DNA of 64,000 nucleotides from an uncultured Bacteroidales bacterium (GTDB lineage Bacteria > Bacteroidota > Bacteroidia > Bacteroidales > FEN-979). Shown piece after piece: positions 47,404-58,470 of the stretch. The number at the start of each line of letters is the position of its first letter. Within the stretch, counting starts at the first letter, position 1. Both the position numbers and the translations under genes were made by a program. The DNA is taken from the NCBI GenBank assembly GCA_903929315.1, contig CAIYUC010000152.1, forward strand, positions 14,624 to 78,623. The letters are read 5' to 3'. The notes under the pieces are model-generated. The model had not been told where the DNA came from and made no database searches. It saw nothing but the letters and a program-made list of their open reading frames with translations.

Positions 47404-48763
47404 CCAATTGATCTATATCGCCTGCGCCCAATGTCAGCAAAATTTCAAGTTTCCTTTTTTTCAACTCGTCCAGGACGTTTTCTTTTAAGCAGAGAACCTT
47501 GGATTTTATCCGGATTTTATCAAATAACATCTTAGCGCTGACACCCTCGATGGCTTTTTCTCTCGCAGGATAGATCTCAAGGAGAATCAATTCATCCAGC
47601 AGTTCCAGGCTCCTGGCAAACTCATCTGCAAGATCACGGGTCCTTGTATAAAGATGTGGCTGAAAAATTCCCGTTACTTTTTTATGCGGGTATAGCTGTT
47701 TCACGGCCCCGATACAAGATTTTAACTCTTCCGGATGATGAGCATAATCATCGATATAAATAAGATCAGGTTGAATGATATGAAAATCAAACCTGCGTTG
47801 TACTCCCTGGAAGGTCCTTAATGCCTCTCTCAGGTTTTCTTTGGAAACGTCCGAAAGATAAGCAACAGCCGATGCTGCAATGGAATTTTCAAGATTGAAA
47901 AATCCCGGCGCTCCCAAGACTATTCTGTCAATTGTACCAGTTGGAGTTACCAGATCAAAAACAGTAGAATTGGTTTGAATTTCTGCATGGGTGGGATAAA
48001 AATGAGCGCCGGGATGTAGCGAATAGGTATAGGATTCCAGGGATTGATGGTCTCCTGCTTTAATATCCAGGTCATGCCTGGTGATAAGACTTCCTCCGGG
48101 TTTTATGTGTTTTATAAATTCCCGGAAGGATTGGCGAAGCTCCTCAAGATTCTTATAAATATCCAGATGATCTGCATCTGCTGATGTTATTATGGCAATA
48201 GAAGGATATAACTGCAGGAACGACCGGTCAAATTCATCCGCTTCTACGATAAAAGTGGGAAAACCTGATAAAGGATAAGGAGACATGTTTGGATTATCAT
48301 TACCGGTTATATAATTTCCATTATAATTTTTCGAAATACCCCCTAAAAATGCTGTAAAATTTTTTCCTGCTTGCTTGAAAATATGAGTAATCATTGTGGA
48401 AATCGTAGTTTTACCATGTGTTCCGGCTACGGCAATGGTTTTGTGTTTATTTGTGATAAGCCCCAGGATTTCTGCCCGTTTTAATACCGTATATCCTCTG
48501 TCAATACAATATTGAAACTCCTTATGATCTTTGGGTATAGCTGGGGTGTAAATAACCAACTCTGTATCGGCCGGAATAGATCCGGTATCTTCATCAAAAT
48601 GGATAGTAATTCCTTCTTCAATGAGTTTCCGTGTTAATGTAGTCGGTGTTTTATCATACCCTGAGACGCTGGTTCCCATCCCATTGAAATACCTGGCAAG
48701 AGCGCTCATACCGATCCCTCCGATGCCTATAAAATATACCGATTTCACAGAATTAATATCCAT
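47369..48763 (-). CDS. murC: UDP-N-acetylmuramate--L-alanine ligase
   Basis: 464 aa. YFIGIGGIGMSALA, P-loop AGTHGKTT and DDYAHHP. Confidence 0.93.
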   Translation of the reverse strand: MDINSVKSVYFIGIGGIGMSALARYFNGMGTSVSGYDKTPTTLTRKLIEEGITIHFDEDTGSIPADTELVIYTPAIPKDHKEFQYCIDRGYTVLKRAEILGLITNKHKTIAVAGTHGKTTISTMITHIFKQAGKNFTAFLGGISKNYNGNYITGNDNPNMSPYPLSGFPTFIVEADEFDRSFLQLYPSIAIITSADADHLDIYKNLEELRQSFREFIKHIKPGGSLITRHDLDIKAGDHQSLESYTYSLHPGAHFYPTHAEIQTNSTVFDLVTPTGTIDRIVLGAPGFFNLENSIAASAVAYLSDVSKENLREALRTFQGVQRRFDFHIIQPDLIYIDDYAHHPEELKSCIGAVKQLYPHKKVTGIFQPHLYTRTRDLADEFARSLELLDELILLEIYPAREKAIEGVSAKMLFDKIRIKSKVLCLKENVLDELKKRKLEILLTLGAGDIDQLVGQIIQLFKQP

Positions 48764-48766
48764 CTC

Positions 48767-49879
48767 TTATTTTGGTGAGTATTTACCGGTCAACTGCAAT
48801 GCTTCGTCAGCGATCTTATCAGCCGCATCAGGAATGGCTAAGCGGGCAATATTCTCATGAAGCTGAGATTGTAATTGTTCATCTCCTAACAAACGAATCA
48901 ATGTTTGAAACAACAGTTCTTCTGCTTCCGTATCTTTAATCATAATTGCCGATCCTTTGCTTTCCAGGGCCTGAGCATTTTTTGTCTGATGATCTTCGGC
49001 TACATTCGGTGATGGTATTAGTATTGCAGGCTTCCCTGCAATACACAATTCTGAAATTGCGATCGCACCTGCCCTTGAAATCACAATATCAGCGCTTGCA
49101 TATGCCATGTCCATCCTGTCAATAAATGCCAGAACATGGACGTCAGGATTGTTTAAAATTTCAGGATTCGCAATTATATTTTCAAAATAAAACTTACCTG
49201 TTTGCCAAAATATCTGACACCCTTTTTCTGTAATTCCTTTTCTCACGCAATTCAGGACACTCCGGTTGATCGTGCCTGCTCCAAGACTACCCCCAAGTAT
49301 CAGAATGACTTTTTTATCCTTTTTTAATCCGAATAGCAACAACCCTTCTTTCCTTTTATTCCGGAGGGAAAGGATATCCTGCCTTACAGGGTTACCTGTA
49401 AACAGGATCTTATTCTCTGGAAAAAAACGCTCCATCCCATCATAGGCAACACAAATTTTACTGACTTTTTTTCCCAGCAGTTTATTTGTAATACCTGGAT
49501 ACGAATTCTGTTCCTGGATGAGAGTTGGAATCTTTTTTTTGACTGCAGCACGTAATGTGGGACCGCTTGCATAACCACCAACTCCGATAACGATATCCGG
49601 TTTGAATCGGCTGATAATTTGACTTGCTTTAACAAGGCTGAAGATTACTTTCAAGGGGAAACTCAGGTTTTTCCAGGTCAACCTCCGTTGCAACCCGCTT
49701 ATCCACAGTCCATTAATAGTATAACCGGCAGCCGGCACTTTTTCCATCTCCATCCTTCCTTTGGCCCCGATAAATAAAATATCTGAATCCGCTACTTTTA
49801 CTTTTATTGCATTTGCAATGGCAATTGCCGGAAACACATGGCCACCTGTTCCTCCACCGCTGATAATTACTTTAATCAC
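48767..49879 (-). CDS. murG: undecaprenyldiphospho-muramoylpentapeptide beta-N-acetylglucosaminyltransferase
   Basis: 370 aa. SGGGTGGHVFPAIA and RAGAIAISEL. Confidence 0.93.
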   Translation of the reverse strand: MIKVIISGGGTGGHVFPAIAIANAIKVKVADSDILFIGAKGRMEMEKVPAAGYTINGLWISGLQRRLTWKNLSFPLKVIFSLVKASQIISRFKPDIVIGVGGYASGPTLRAAVKKKIPTLIQEQNSYPGITNKLLGKKVSKICVAYDGMERFFPENKILFTGNPVRQDILSLRNKRKEGLLLFGLKKDKKVILILGGSLGAGTINRSVLNCVRKGITEKGCQIFWQTGKFYFENIIANPEILNNPDVHVLAFIDRMDMAYASADIVISRAGAIAISELCIAGKPAILIPSPNVAEDHQTKNAQALESKGSAIMIKDTEAEELLFQTLIRLLGDEQLQSQLHENIARLAIPDAADKIADEALQLTGKYSPK

Positions 49880-49905
49880 TTCTTTATTTATCTGTTGAAC
49901 TTTTT

Positions 49906-51108
49906 TTATCCCGATATAGCATTTGGCAATATTCCGGGTTCAGTAAGAAATTCTACTTCAGTACTTTCTTTTAATTCCATGTCACTCCGGCGACTTACAC
50001 TTAGAATGATGCCTATCGCAATGCTGGTAAACCAAATAGATGTTCCTCCCATACTCACCAAAGGCAAGGTTTGACCTGTAACGGGAAACAGGTTTACAGC
50101 CACCGCCATGTTTATCATCGCCTGGAAGACCAGGCTAAACCCAATGCCAATCACAAGGAAGGCGCCAAAATTCCCCTGGCATTTAATGGCTATTTTCACT
50201 ACACGGAAAAATAAGATCCAATAAATCATCACAATAATGATCCCGCCTACAATACCATATTCTTCCACGATGATCGCAAATATAAAATCGGAGTACGGAT
50301 GGGGTAAAAAATTCCTTTGCGTGCTTTTTCCGGGTGACTTTCCGAATATTCCCCCGGAGACGATAGCGATCTTAGCCTGGTCAGGTTGGTAGGTTGCATC
50401 AGAGGTCGCTTGTTCTTTGTTAATAAAGTTATCAACCCGCTTGACCCATGTCTCTCCCCTTGGAAATAAATTGGGAAATACTTTTGCCAGGGCGAAGATC
50501 AATACAATTGCCACAATACCAAGTCCAACAAGTGTAAAAATATATTTAAGATTGATTCTTCCGATGAACATTAATACCAGGCAGGTAAAGAAAAGAATAG
50601 CAGCCGTTGAAAAATTTGCCGGTAAGATCAGAACACAAACAAAGATTACCGGAACAATCACCGGTAAGAAACCAGATTTAAAACGCTTGATCTGGTCCTG
50701 GTTCTTGCTTAATACGCGTGCCAGGTACATGATCAATATGAGCTTTGCAATATCGGAACTTTGGAAAGTAAGATTGACAATGGGTACTGTCAGCCACCTG
50801 TTTGCCTCATTAAGATTTGTTCCTGAAACCAGGGTAAAAATGAGCAATGGAATTGTCAGTAATAACCCGATCTGGGAAATCCTTGAATAATAGGTATATT
50901 TTACCCGATGCATAAGATACATCAACCCAAATCCGAATATCAGGATAAGGAAATGTTTTATGAGATAGTATTCAGTATTGCCACCTTGCTTTTTATAGGC
51001 TAAAGTTCCCGTTGAACTATAAACAGCCAACAGGGATACAATTGAAAGCAGGATCACAATGATCCAGATAACTTTATCGCCTTTGATGTTTTTAAGAAAT
51101 TGTAGCAT
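49906..51108 (-). CDS. ftsW: FtsW/RodA/SpoVE family peptidoglycan polymerase (FtsW by position)
   Basis: 400 aa, polytopic, with PHPYSDFIFAIIVEEYG and TGQTLPLVSMGGTS. Confidence 0.9.
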   Translation of the reverse strand: MLQFLKNIKGDKVIWIIVILLSIVSLLAVYSSTGTLAYKKQGGNTEYYLIKHFLILIFGFGLMYLMHRVKYTYYSRISQIGLLLTIPLLIFTLVSGTNLNEANRWLTVPIVNLTFQSSDIAKLILIMYLARVLSKNQDQIKRFKSGFLPVIVPVIFVCVLILPANFSTAAILFFTCLVLMFIGRINLKYIFTLVGLGIVAIVLIFALAKVFPNLFPRGETWVKRVDNFINKEQATSDATYQPDQAKIAIVSGGIFGKSPGKSTQRNFLPHPYSDFIFAIIVEEYGIVGGIIIVMIYWILFFRVVKIAIKCQGNFGAFLVIGIGFSLVFQAMINMAVAVNLFPVTGQTLPLVSMGGTSIWFTSIAIGIILSVSRRSDMELKESTEVEFLTEPGILPNAISG

Positions 51109-51126
51109 CGGTTAAATCAGTTAATT

Positions 51127-51675
51127 TTAAAGTGTATCTACGAATCGCTTGAACTCCTGTCCACGTTCCTCATAATCGCTGAAAAGATCAAAACTGGGAC
51201 AAGCCGGCGAAAGAAGGACAACATCGCCATCCTTTCCTGCATAATAGGCGATTTCTACAGCTTCTTTCAGGGACTCCGTGTGAGTAACGGGTAAACCCAA
51301 TTCTGCAAAAGCGGATTGCAATCGTTGGGTATCCTTTCCCAACCAGATTATGGCTTTCACCTTTTTTCTTACAAGAGACTTCAACATTTCAAAATCAGCT
51401 CCTTTATCAAGACCTCCTACGATCCATATGATCGGCTTGTTCATACATTCCAGGGAGAACCAGGTAGAATTAATATTTGTTGCCTTTGAATCATTAATGA
51501 ATTCTATGCCGTGGACATTTGCAACATATTCCAGACGGTGCTTCGTTTTGCGGAAATCAGAAAAACAATCTTTTATGAATTCATTCCTGATTTCATTGAC
51601 CCTGGGTCCGATAGTTGCTGCCATAGAACCGTAGATGGTTTGATTTCCCTGTGATGCCAGTGTTTCAAATGTCAT
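51127..51675 (-). pseudogene. murD: murD remnant: only the C-terminal ~180 codons of UDP-N-acetylmuramoylalanine--D-glutamate ligase
   Basis: The ORF carries HRLEYVANVHGIEFINDSKATN, WIVGGLDKG and VLLSPACPSFDLF (Mur ligase C-terminal domain). The N-terminal Rossmann domain and the GTNGKT P-loop domain are absent. Only 52 nt separate it from the mraY stop. Confidence 0.75.
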
Positions 51676-51727
51676 TTTTTGGTTTGGGTTAAAGGTTTTT
51701 TACTTATTAAAAATCTAAAATTCAACG

Positions 51728-52981
51728 TTATCTTAATTTCAATGTTACGATGGTCAGCACAGCAAGAAATATCCCGACAATCAGGAATCTCATAACGATC
51801 TTGGATTCATGGAACCCCGACATTTGATAATGGTGATGAAGAGGGGACATTTTAAATATCCGCCGGCCAATGCCGGACTTTTTTCTGGTGTATTTAAAAT
51901 AGCTAACCTGGAGCACTACGGACAGGTTCTCAACAAGAAAAATCCCGCAAAAAATAGGGATCATGATCTCCTTCCTGATCATGATGGCAAATACAGCTAT
52001 AATACCTCCGAGAGCCAGGCTCCCTGTATCACCCATAAAGACCTGAGCCGGGTACGAATTGTACCAGAGAAAACCTATACAGGCCCCGACAAAAGCGCTT
52101 ACATAAATTACAAGTTCACCGGAATTTGGGATGTACATAATATTCAGATAATTGGCGAAAATGAAGTTACTTGAAACATAGGCCAACACCCCGAGTGTTA
52201 CACCTGCAATGGCAGATACACCGGTCGCCAGGCCGTCGAGACCATCTGTCAGGTTCGCCCCGTTTGAAACAGCAATGATGATAAAAATGATAATTGGGAT
52301 AAATGCTAGGAACGTCCATTTTGCATATCCCTTCCCAAGCCAGGAAATAAATATTGAATAATCAAAATCATTGTTTTTGAAGAATGGAATTGTCGTTTTG
52401 GTTGATTTTACAAGATTCTTGGAAAATAACGGAACCCTGTCCATATTGGCTTCCACATTGAAAATTTCTGTTGATGGAACATAGGCTTGCTGACTTATCT
52501 TCTCACGAATCACGATTTCTTTACTAAAATACATGGTCAAACCTACGATCAACCCTAATCCTATCTGGCCCATAATCTTGAACTTTCCTGCAAGACCTCT
52601 TTTATCCTTTTTAAAGACTTTGATATAATCATCAAGAAAGCCAATAAAACCTAGCCAGACTGTCGACGTGAGAATCACTATGATATAGATATTGTGCAGT
52701 TTTGCGAAAAGCAATGAAGGAACAAGGATAGCTGAAAGAATGATTAATCCTCCCATGGTAGGGGTGCCTTGTTTTAATTGTTGGCCATCCAGTCCCAGAT
52801 CACGGATGCTTTCCCCCACTTGTTTGGCTTTGAGAAAATGGATCAGACGCTTACCGATGATCATTGAAATGAACAGCGATGTTAGAAGAGCCATTGCAGC
52901 CCTGAAAGAAATATACTGGAATACTCCTGCCCCCGGGAAATCAAAGGCATTGTGTAACCATGTAAATAAATAGTATAGCAT
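51728..52981 (-). CDS. mraY: phospho-N-acetylmuramoyl-pentapeptide transferase
   Basis: 417 aa. [16 protein letters not shown] and the [11 protein letters not shown] to PLHHH blocks. Confidence 0.95.
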   Translation of the reverse strand: MLYYLFTWLHNAFDFPGAGVFQYISFRAAMALLTSLFISMIIGKRLIHFLKAKQVGESIRDLGLDGQQLKQGTPTMGGLIILSAILVPSLLFAKLHNIYIIVILTSTVWLGFIGFLDDYIKVFKKDKRGLAGKFKIMGQIGLGLIVGLTMYFSKEIVIREKISQQAYVPSTEIFNVEANMDRVPLFSKNLVKSTKTTIPFFKNNDFDYSIFISWLGKGYAKWTFLAFIPIIIFIIIAVSNGANLTDGLDGLATGVSAIAGVTLGVLAYVSSNFIFANYLNIMYIPNSGELVIYVSAFVGACIGFLWYNSYPAQVFMGDTGSLALGGIIAVFAIMIRKEIMIPIFCGIFLVENLSVVLQVSYFKYTRKKSGIGRRIFKMSPLHHHYQMSGFHESKIVMRFLIVGIFLAVLTIVTLKLR

Positions 52982-53001
52982 AGCCTGATAATTGACTGTT
53001 T

Positions 53002-54525
53002 CTATTCTTTAATTTCCAAAATCTCTCTAATGGCCTCCTTGTCATCAAATGGATATCTCACTCCTTTGATTTCCTGGTAGTTTTCATGACCTTTTCCGGC
53101 GATCAGAACAATATCGCCCGGTTGAGCCAGTGCACATGCAGTTTTGATCGCTTCTTTCCGGTTTATGATGATGAGTACCTTCGCTGAATACTGAGGCTCC
53201 ACGCCTTTTTTCATATCTTCAATAATCTTTTCCGGCTCTTCAAACCGGGGATTATCAGAAGTAAGGACAACCCTGTCGCTAAGAGTACATGCAATTTTTG
53301 CCATCACTGGCCTTTTCGCTGCATCCCGGTTTCCGCCAGCTCCTATTAGTGTGATGACGCTTTGATTAGGCTGCCTGATCGTAAAAATGGTTTCCAGTAC
53401 ATTTTGAAGGGCATCCGGGGTATGCGCATAGTCAACAATGGCGGTTATATTCTCTTTCGAGATAAGGGTGTTGAATCTTCCTTCAACAGGACCCAGATTG
53501 CTCAGAATTGTAAGTACCCTGGATTTATCTTGCTCTAGAAGTACGGCTGTAGCATAGGAAGCCAGAATATTGTATGCGTTGAAGCTGCCGACCAGCTTAA
53601 ACCAACAATGATATCCATCGATATTGAGTTGTAACCCATGAAATTGGTTTTCAATAATCCTGCTTTTAAAGTCCGTAATAGATTTCAGACCGTAGGTATA
53701 AACTGAAGCTTTTGTATTCTGAACCATCACCATTCCGTGACTATCATCTTTATTGATCAGGGCAAAGGCATCCTTGGGGAGGATATCAAAGAATGATTTT
53801 TTCGCTTTCAGATAGGCATCAAAAGTTTTATGATAATCAAGGTGGTCATGTGTGATATTGCTAAAAATGCCTCCCCGGAATGTCAAACCAGCAATACGTT
53901 GTTGATTGATTGCATGGGAACTGACTTCCATAAAACAATAGGAACAACCCTGTCCGACCATTTCTCTCAATAACTTGTTGATCTCAAGGGTGTCAGGTGT
54001 TGTATAGGTTGATTTCAGAACCGTTTTATTGATCTTATTTTGAATGGTTGAAAGAAGACCTGACTTAAATCCAAGAGAAAGAAAGAGCTCGTGTAATAAA
54101 GAAACGGTAGTAGTTTTGCCATTTGTACCGGTAACTCCAACCAATTGAAGTTTGGATGATGGGTTATCATAAAAATTTGATGCTATTATGCCCATCGAGA
54201 AACAACTATCCGCAACCCGGATATAAGTGACAGTTTCATTTATCTTTGAAGGAATATTTTCGCAAAGGATGGCAATTGCCCCCTTTTGGATGGCCTGTTG
54301 GATATATTGATGTCCATCAGTGTTCAATCCTTTGACAGCAATAAACAAGCTGCCGGGATGAACCTTCCTTGAATCGAATTCCAATTGATCGATCCCGATA
54401 TCTTCAGAACCTAAGATCTCAGCTATTCTGATTTGATTTACTATTTCTTTTAAGTGCTTCACCTCTTCCTGATTATGGCTTTTAAACACTGGCAAGATCG
54501 AGAATGACAATACTTCCTTTTGCAA
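53002..54525 (-). CDS. murE: UDP-N-acetylmuramoyl-L-alanyl-D-glutamate--2,6-diaminopimelate ligase
   Basis: 507 aa. P-loop [19 protein letters not shown] and GAGGNRD. The ORF start overlaps ftsI by 44 nt, so the real start may be internal. Confidence 0.92.
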   Translation of the reverse strand: MQKEVLSFSILPVFKSHNQEEVKHLKEIVNQIRIAEILGSEDIGIDQLEFDSRKVHPGSLFIAVKGLNTDGHQYIQQAIQKGAIAILCENIPSKINETVTYIRVADSCFSMGIIASNFYDNPSSKLQLVGVTGTNGKTTTVSLLHELFLSLGFKSGLLSTIQNKINKTVLKSTYTTPDTLEINKLLREMVGQGCSYCFMEVSSHAINQQRIAGLTFRGGIFSNITHDHLDYHKTFDAYLKAKKSFFDILPKDAFALINKDDSHGMVMVQNTKASVYTYGLKSITDFKSRIIENQFHGLQLNIDGYHCWFKLVGSFNAYNILASYATAVLLEQDKSRVLTILSNLGPVEGRFNTLISKENITAIVDYAHTPDALQNVLETIFTIRQPNQSVITLIGAGGNRDAAKRPVMAKIACTLSDRVVLTSDNPRFEEPEKIIEDMKKGVEPQYSAKVLIIINRKEAIKTACALAQPGDIVLIAGKGHENYQEIKGVRYPFDDKEAIREILEIKE

Positions 54526-56608
54526 TTAAGCTTCCCGGTAAAATCGACTGTCTTACTACTGCACCTTTACCGTTCACCATCACTTTCAAACCCATTTGTT
54601 CAAGCAGGAAAAGTGCGTCTTTGATACCCATTCCCGTCACATTGGGCATAGTACCGTTAACAATGGTTTGTGGCAACAATGTCACAGCTGTTTTGTCGAC
54701 AAATGGTTTTGCCCAGTCCGAAGGGCTACTAAAAGATTTAACTTTTATCTTCAACAGCGTGTAAACTTCTTCCAGGTCCTTTTCCTTTCCGGCATTGGCA
54801 AAAGGAATAGAGAACCCTGCAGTATCCACTGGGGGAGGATTTTGCACATCCTGACTGCTGGCAAAAATCTTGTCGGATATTTCACGGAAAACGGGCGCTG
54901 CCACCGATGCACCGTAATATCTCTTCCGGGGGTCATAGACAACAACCATCATGGAATATTTTGGGTGATCAACCGGAAAATAGCCTACGAACGATCCTTT
55001 ATACTTTACCTGCTTTGTCCCTGCAGCGTATCCTCTATTATTGGCTGCAATCATTGCCGTTCCTGTTTTTCCGGCAATTTTATAGTACATAGTATTGGCA
55101 ATACCATTCGCTGTACCTCTTTCTACAACCCCTTCAAGAAGTGTCCGTACGTTTTCCAGGGTAGCTTTAGAACAAATGGAAGGAACTATTACTTCTGGTG
55201 AGAATGTTTGAATAGGAAGTCCGTTTTTCCTGATCTCTTTAACGAAGAGTGGCCTTACCATTTTACCGTTATTGGCAACGGCATTGTACAGGGTCAGGAT
55301 CTGTAATGGTGAGAGAGCAACTTCATAGCCGATAGACATCCATGGTAATGAAACAGCCGACCACCACTTGTCTTTTGTATTTTTTATATAAGGCTTCCCT
55401 TCACCACCGATTTGCAGATGTAAAGGTTTGTTGAGGGACAACCTGTATAACCCATCAATATATTTTTGAGGTTCATCATCATAGGAGGCAACGATCATCA
55501 TGGATGTCCCCACATTCGATGATTTTTCAAAAACCTGCTGTGCAGTGATTGTTCCCAGCCCGATTTTGTGTGAATCTTCCATTTTTCTTCCGTGGTATAT
55601 CCTTACCCCGTTCCCGGTGGCAATCGGAGTATTCAAATCGATTTTCTTATCCTCCAGTGCCACAAGAAATGATGCAAGTTTGAATGTGGAGCCGGGTTCT
55701 GTGCATTCACCGATTGCATAATTAAAAAGCTCTTCAAATGTGCCTTGTGCAGTTCTGCCAAGATTCGCAATCGCCTTTACAAACCCTGTCCGGACTTCCA
55801 TAATTATTACACATCCATGATCAGCGCTATCGGCAAGTAATTCCTTTTGAAGAGCAGATTCAGCAAGATCCTGCATGTTTATGTCCAGTGAAGTAATAAT
55901 GTCCTGGCCATTTTGTGGTTCTACCTGGTTATCGATATCTATTGGCATCCAGTTGTTTCCAGCCACCCTTCTCATGAGTCGTCGGCCATTGACACCCTGC
56001 AGGTTTTTGGTAAATGAACCTTCGAGGCCGACAAAGACTTTCTGCGCAGACTCTTCATTTTCATAACCGATGGTTCGTTTGGCCAGGTCTTTGAAAGGCA
56101 GTTCTCTTCGGAAATGAGGAAGTACGATCAGACCTCCCTTGTATTTCCCCAATTTGAATATGGGGAATCTCCTCATTTGTTTGAGTTCATTATAAGTGAT
56201 ATCCCTCCTTATAAGAAGGTATCGTTCACCGTTACGCCGTGCTTCCCATAACAGATCTTTATAACCAGAAGGGCTCCTGTCTCTGAATAATCGTGATAAA
56301 TTGGACGCCAGAGAATCTACATTCTGATTGAAAAAGTCATCATCGATATTCTCAGAATTAACATCCATCCTTACATCAAATATTGGAATTGAGGTGGCCA
56401 GCAGCGTACCATCATCAGCACAGATATTTCCTCTCATCGCCTCAACTTCAAACCAATTCATCTCTTTCTTTTGAGCATTTTTCATCAATTCTTTTCCCTC
56501 GAAATATTGGATAAAAAGAGCTTTCCCGATGATTGCCATGCCAAACAGGAGAATCGCTATATAGACAAGGTAAACCCGCATTAATATGTCTTTTTTTATA
56601 TCCTTCAT
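54482..56608 (-). CDS. ftsI: penicillin-binding protein (FtsI-type transpeptidase) with C-terminal PASTA domain
   Basis: 708 aa. N-terminal TM, active site STFK, SSN and KTGT motifs. The C-terminal MPNVTGMGIKDALFLLEQMGLKV...GSIVILDL is PASTA-like. Confidence 0.9.
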   Translation of the reverse strand: MKDIKKDILMRVYLVYIAILLFGMAIIGKALFIQYFEGKELMKNAQKKEMNWFEVEAMRGNICADDGTLLATSIPIFDVRMDVNSENIDDDFFNQNVDSLASNLSRLFRDRSPSGYKDLLWEARRNGERYLLIRRDITYNELKQMRRFPIFKLGKYKGGLIVLPHFRRELPFKDLAKRTIGYENEESAQKVFVGLEGSFTKNLQGVNGRRLMRRVAGNNWMPIDIDNQVEPQNGQDIITSLDINMQDLAESALQKELLADSADHGCVIIMEVRTGFVKAIANLGRTAQGTFEELFNYAIGECTEPGSTFKLASFLVALEDKKIDLNTPIATGNGVRIYHGRKMEDSHKIGLGTITAQQVFEKSSNVGTSMMIVASYDDEPQKYIDGLYRLSLNKPLHLQIGGEGKPYIKNTKDKWWSAVSLPWMSIGYEVALSPLQILTLYNAVANNGKMVRPLFVKEIRKNGLPIQTFSPEVIVPSICSKATLENVRTLLEGVVERGTANGIANTMYYKIAGKTGTAMIAANNRGYAAGTKQVKYKGSFVGYFPVDHPKYSMMVVVYDPRKRYYGASVAAPVFREISDKIFASSQDVQNPPPVDTAGFSIPFANAGKEKDLEEVYTLLKIKVKSFSSPSDWAKPFVDKTAVTLLPQTIVNGTMPNVTGMGIKDALFLLEQMGLKVMVNGKGAVVRQSILPGSLIAKGSIVILDLASV

Positions 56609-56624
56609 TTGTAAACTCCTTCAA

Positions 56625-57038
56625 TCACTTTTTGAAAGTGGCAGTCGAATCGTCTGAATAAAAGATTTTGTATGGAGGAATCGTTGTTTCCTTTAATCCG
56701 AATTTTAATGCCCGCCTCGCAATTTCAGTCTGTTTGCTATAATACATCAGAGTTGATTTTGTAGTAGTGTATTGGAACCGGAGTTCTTTAAGTTCGACTT
56801 TTATTTTTTCAATTTCTTTCACTGTCTTCTCCGCATAATAGGTATTTGCTATATAAATAAGCGCCAACATTGCAATGAATATCAGAAAGGGTAAATTCCC
56901 AATGACACTTTCCTTTGAGAGATAATCACCACCGAGGATAGCATGAATTGGTCGCCTGTCTTTCTTGGGTTTTTTGACAGGCTGCACCTCGCTTTTACCC
57001 CTTTCCGTATTATTTCCTTTAACCTCTTCCATTGTCAT
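56625..57038 (-). CDS. FtsL-like bitopic division protein
   Basis: 137 aa. Single TM (LPFLIFIAMLALIYIANTYYA) followed by a coiled-coil segment. Located between rsmH and ftsI. Confidence 0.55.
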   Translation of the reverse strand: MTMEEVKGNNTERGKSEVQPVKKPKKDRRPIHAILGGDYLSKESVIGNLPFLIFIAMLALIYIANTYYAEKTVKEIEKIKVELKELRFQYTTTKSTLMYYSKQTEIARRALKFGLKETTIPPYKIFYSDDSTATFKK

Positions 57039-57934
57039 AGTTTTTCAGCTATTCTCAATTTTGCACTTCTGGCCCGGTTGTTTCTGGAAATTTCGGCAAC
57101 AGTCGGAACAATTGGTTTTCGGTTAATGACTTTAAGGGGTACCAATGGGTTACCATAAAAATCTTTTATCATTTCCCCCAGAAAGTTTCCTGACCGGAAA
57201 AAGTTCTTTACCAACTTGTCTTCAAGTGAATGGTAGGATATTATCACGAGTTTCCCACCCTGTCGGAGTACTTCATTACTTTGTTTGAGGAATTCCTGAA
57301 GCGAAGCAAGTTCCTGATTCACCTCGATTCGCAGCGCCTGAAAAACCTGTGCAAGATATTTGTTCTCGTTTTCCCTGAAAATACAAGGACTGATGATCTC
57401 TTTTAATTCACCGGTTGTCTTTATTTCTTTTTCTTTTCTTTCCGATACAATGATCTTGGCAAGTTTTGCTGCATTTCGGATCTCTCCGAAAAGAGTAAAA
57501 ACAGCTGTTAACCTTTCTTCCTCATATTTGTTTATCAACTCTTTTGCAGAAAAAGTTATTCGTTGATCCATCCGCATATCAAGCTTACCTTCATATCGTG
57601 TCGAAAAGCCGCGTTCAGGAGTGTCAATTTGATGGGACGAGATACCCAGATCCGCGATAATTCCATCGACCGGAACTGCTTTATATAGTTTGAGAAAATT
57701 TTTGAGGTACCTGAAGTTATTATTGATCATGATGAACCTTGGATCTTCTAAGCTGTTTTTTACCGCATCTTCATCCTGGTCAAACGCATATAACCTGCCT
57801 TGTTCTCCTAACCTTTTTACTATTTCCTTTGAATGTCCTCCTCCGCCAAATGTTGCATCAACAATAATCCCATCCGGCTTGATGCTTAATGCTTCAATAC
57901 TTTCTTTTAATAAGACACTTTCATGAAACTCCAT
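57035..57934 (-). CDS. rsmH: 16S rRNA (cytosine1402-N4)-methyltransferase
   Basis: 299 aa. H.SVLLKES, DATFGGGGHS, DLGISSHQ and SYHSLEDK. Confidence 0.95.
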   Translation of the reverse strand: MEFHESVLLKESIEALSIKPDGIIVDATFGGGGHSKEIVKRLGEQGRLYAFDQDEDAVKNSLEDPRFIMINNNFRYLKNFLKLYKAVPVDGIIADLGISSHQIDTPERGFSTRYEGKLDMRMDQRITFSAKELINKYEEERLTAVFTLFGEIRNAAKLAKIIVSERKEKEIKTTGELKEIISPCIFRENENKYLAQVFQALRIEVNQELASLQEFLKQSNEVLRQGGKLVIISYHSLEDKLVKNFFRSGNFLGEMIKDFYGNPLVPLKVINRKPIVPTVAEISRNNRARSAKLRIAEKL

Positions 57935-58397
57935 TCGGTTTATCTGATGTTTCTTGTTTCCCCATTACTTCTTCAGCAAGCCTTGCGAAATCTTCCGGTT
58001 CATTTGTGATAAACTCTCCGTAAGCCTGTTTCGACCAGATTTCAATATGATCAATCATTCCCAGCAGGACCACTTCTTTTTCAATCTTTGCATGTTCAGT
58101 TAAACTTTTTGGAAGTAATAACCGGTTGCTCCTGTCAAGTGTCAACTCCGTGGCTCCACGGTAAAAGTATCGGACGAAAATCCTGTTTTTCTCTACAAAA
58201 AGGTTTAAATTCCTGATCTTATCATTCATCACATTCCACTTATCCATGGGATACAAAGCCAGATAATTTTTAAAACCACGGTTGATCATAAACCGATCCA
58301 GCGCTTCCAGGGATATCATTTTTTTCAACCCTGCCGGAAGAATTATTCTGTTTTTTTCATCAACTTTGCATTCAAATTCGCCGATCAGACTTGCCAT
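57921..58397 (-). CDS. mraZ: division/cell wall cluster transcriptional regulator MraZ
   Basis: 158 aa. Duplicated SpoVT-AbrB-like halves with DEKNRIILPAGL and DRSNRLLLPKSL (DxxxR motifs). Confidence 0.93.
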   Translation of the reverse strand: MASLIGEFECKVDEKNRIILPAGLKKMISLEALDRFMINRGFKNYLALYPMDKWNVMNDKIRNLNLFVEKNRIFVRYFYRGATELTLDRSNRLLLPKSLTEHAKIEKEVVLLGMIDHIEIWSKQAYGEFITNEPEDFARLAEEVMGKQETSDKPNGVS

Positions 58398-58440
58398 GGA
58401 TTAAGAGATGAAGATTCAATGGGGTAAATTTAGATAATTT

Positions 58441-58470
58441 TCTCCCACATTCCTCCACATTTCTCCACTT
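58441..58470 (-). promoter_or_regulatory. three phased direct repeats, probable MraZ operator
   Basis: The minus strand reads GTGGAGAAAT-GTGGAGGAAT-GTGGGAGAAA with an exact 10-nt period, 44-73 nt upstream of the mraZ ATG. Confidence 0.6.

Noticed and set aside
52982-53001. Absence of murF (and ddl) between murE and mraY in the dcw cluster.
   Set aside because: As far as I recall this is the normal Bacteroidota gene order, so it is not an anomaly. The murD truncation is different.
54596-55201. 201-codon ORF on the plus strand inside ftsI. Similar long antisense ORFs occur at 22300-22842, 12761-13237, 20226-20645, 23283-23693, 39945-40322, 61151-61567, 45639-46040 and 50417-50890.
   Set aside because: Each lies entirely antisense to a CDS with strong, motif-level family identity. 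Their translations are low-complexity or compositionally odd and carry no recognisable motifs. They are best explained as shadow ORFs.
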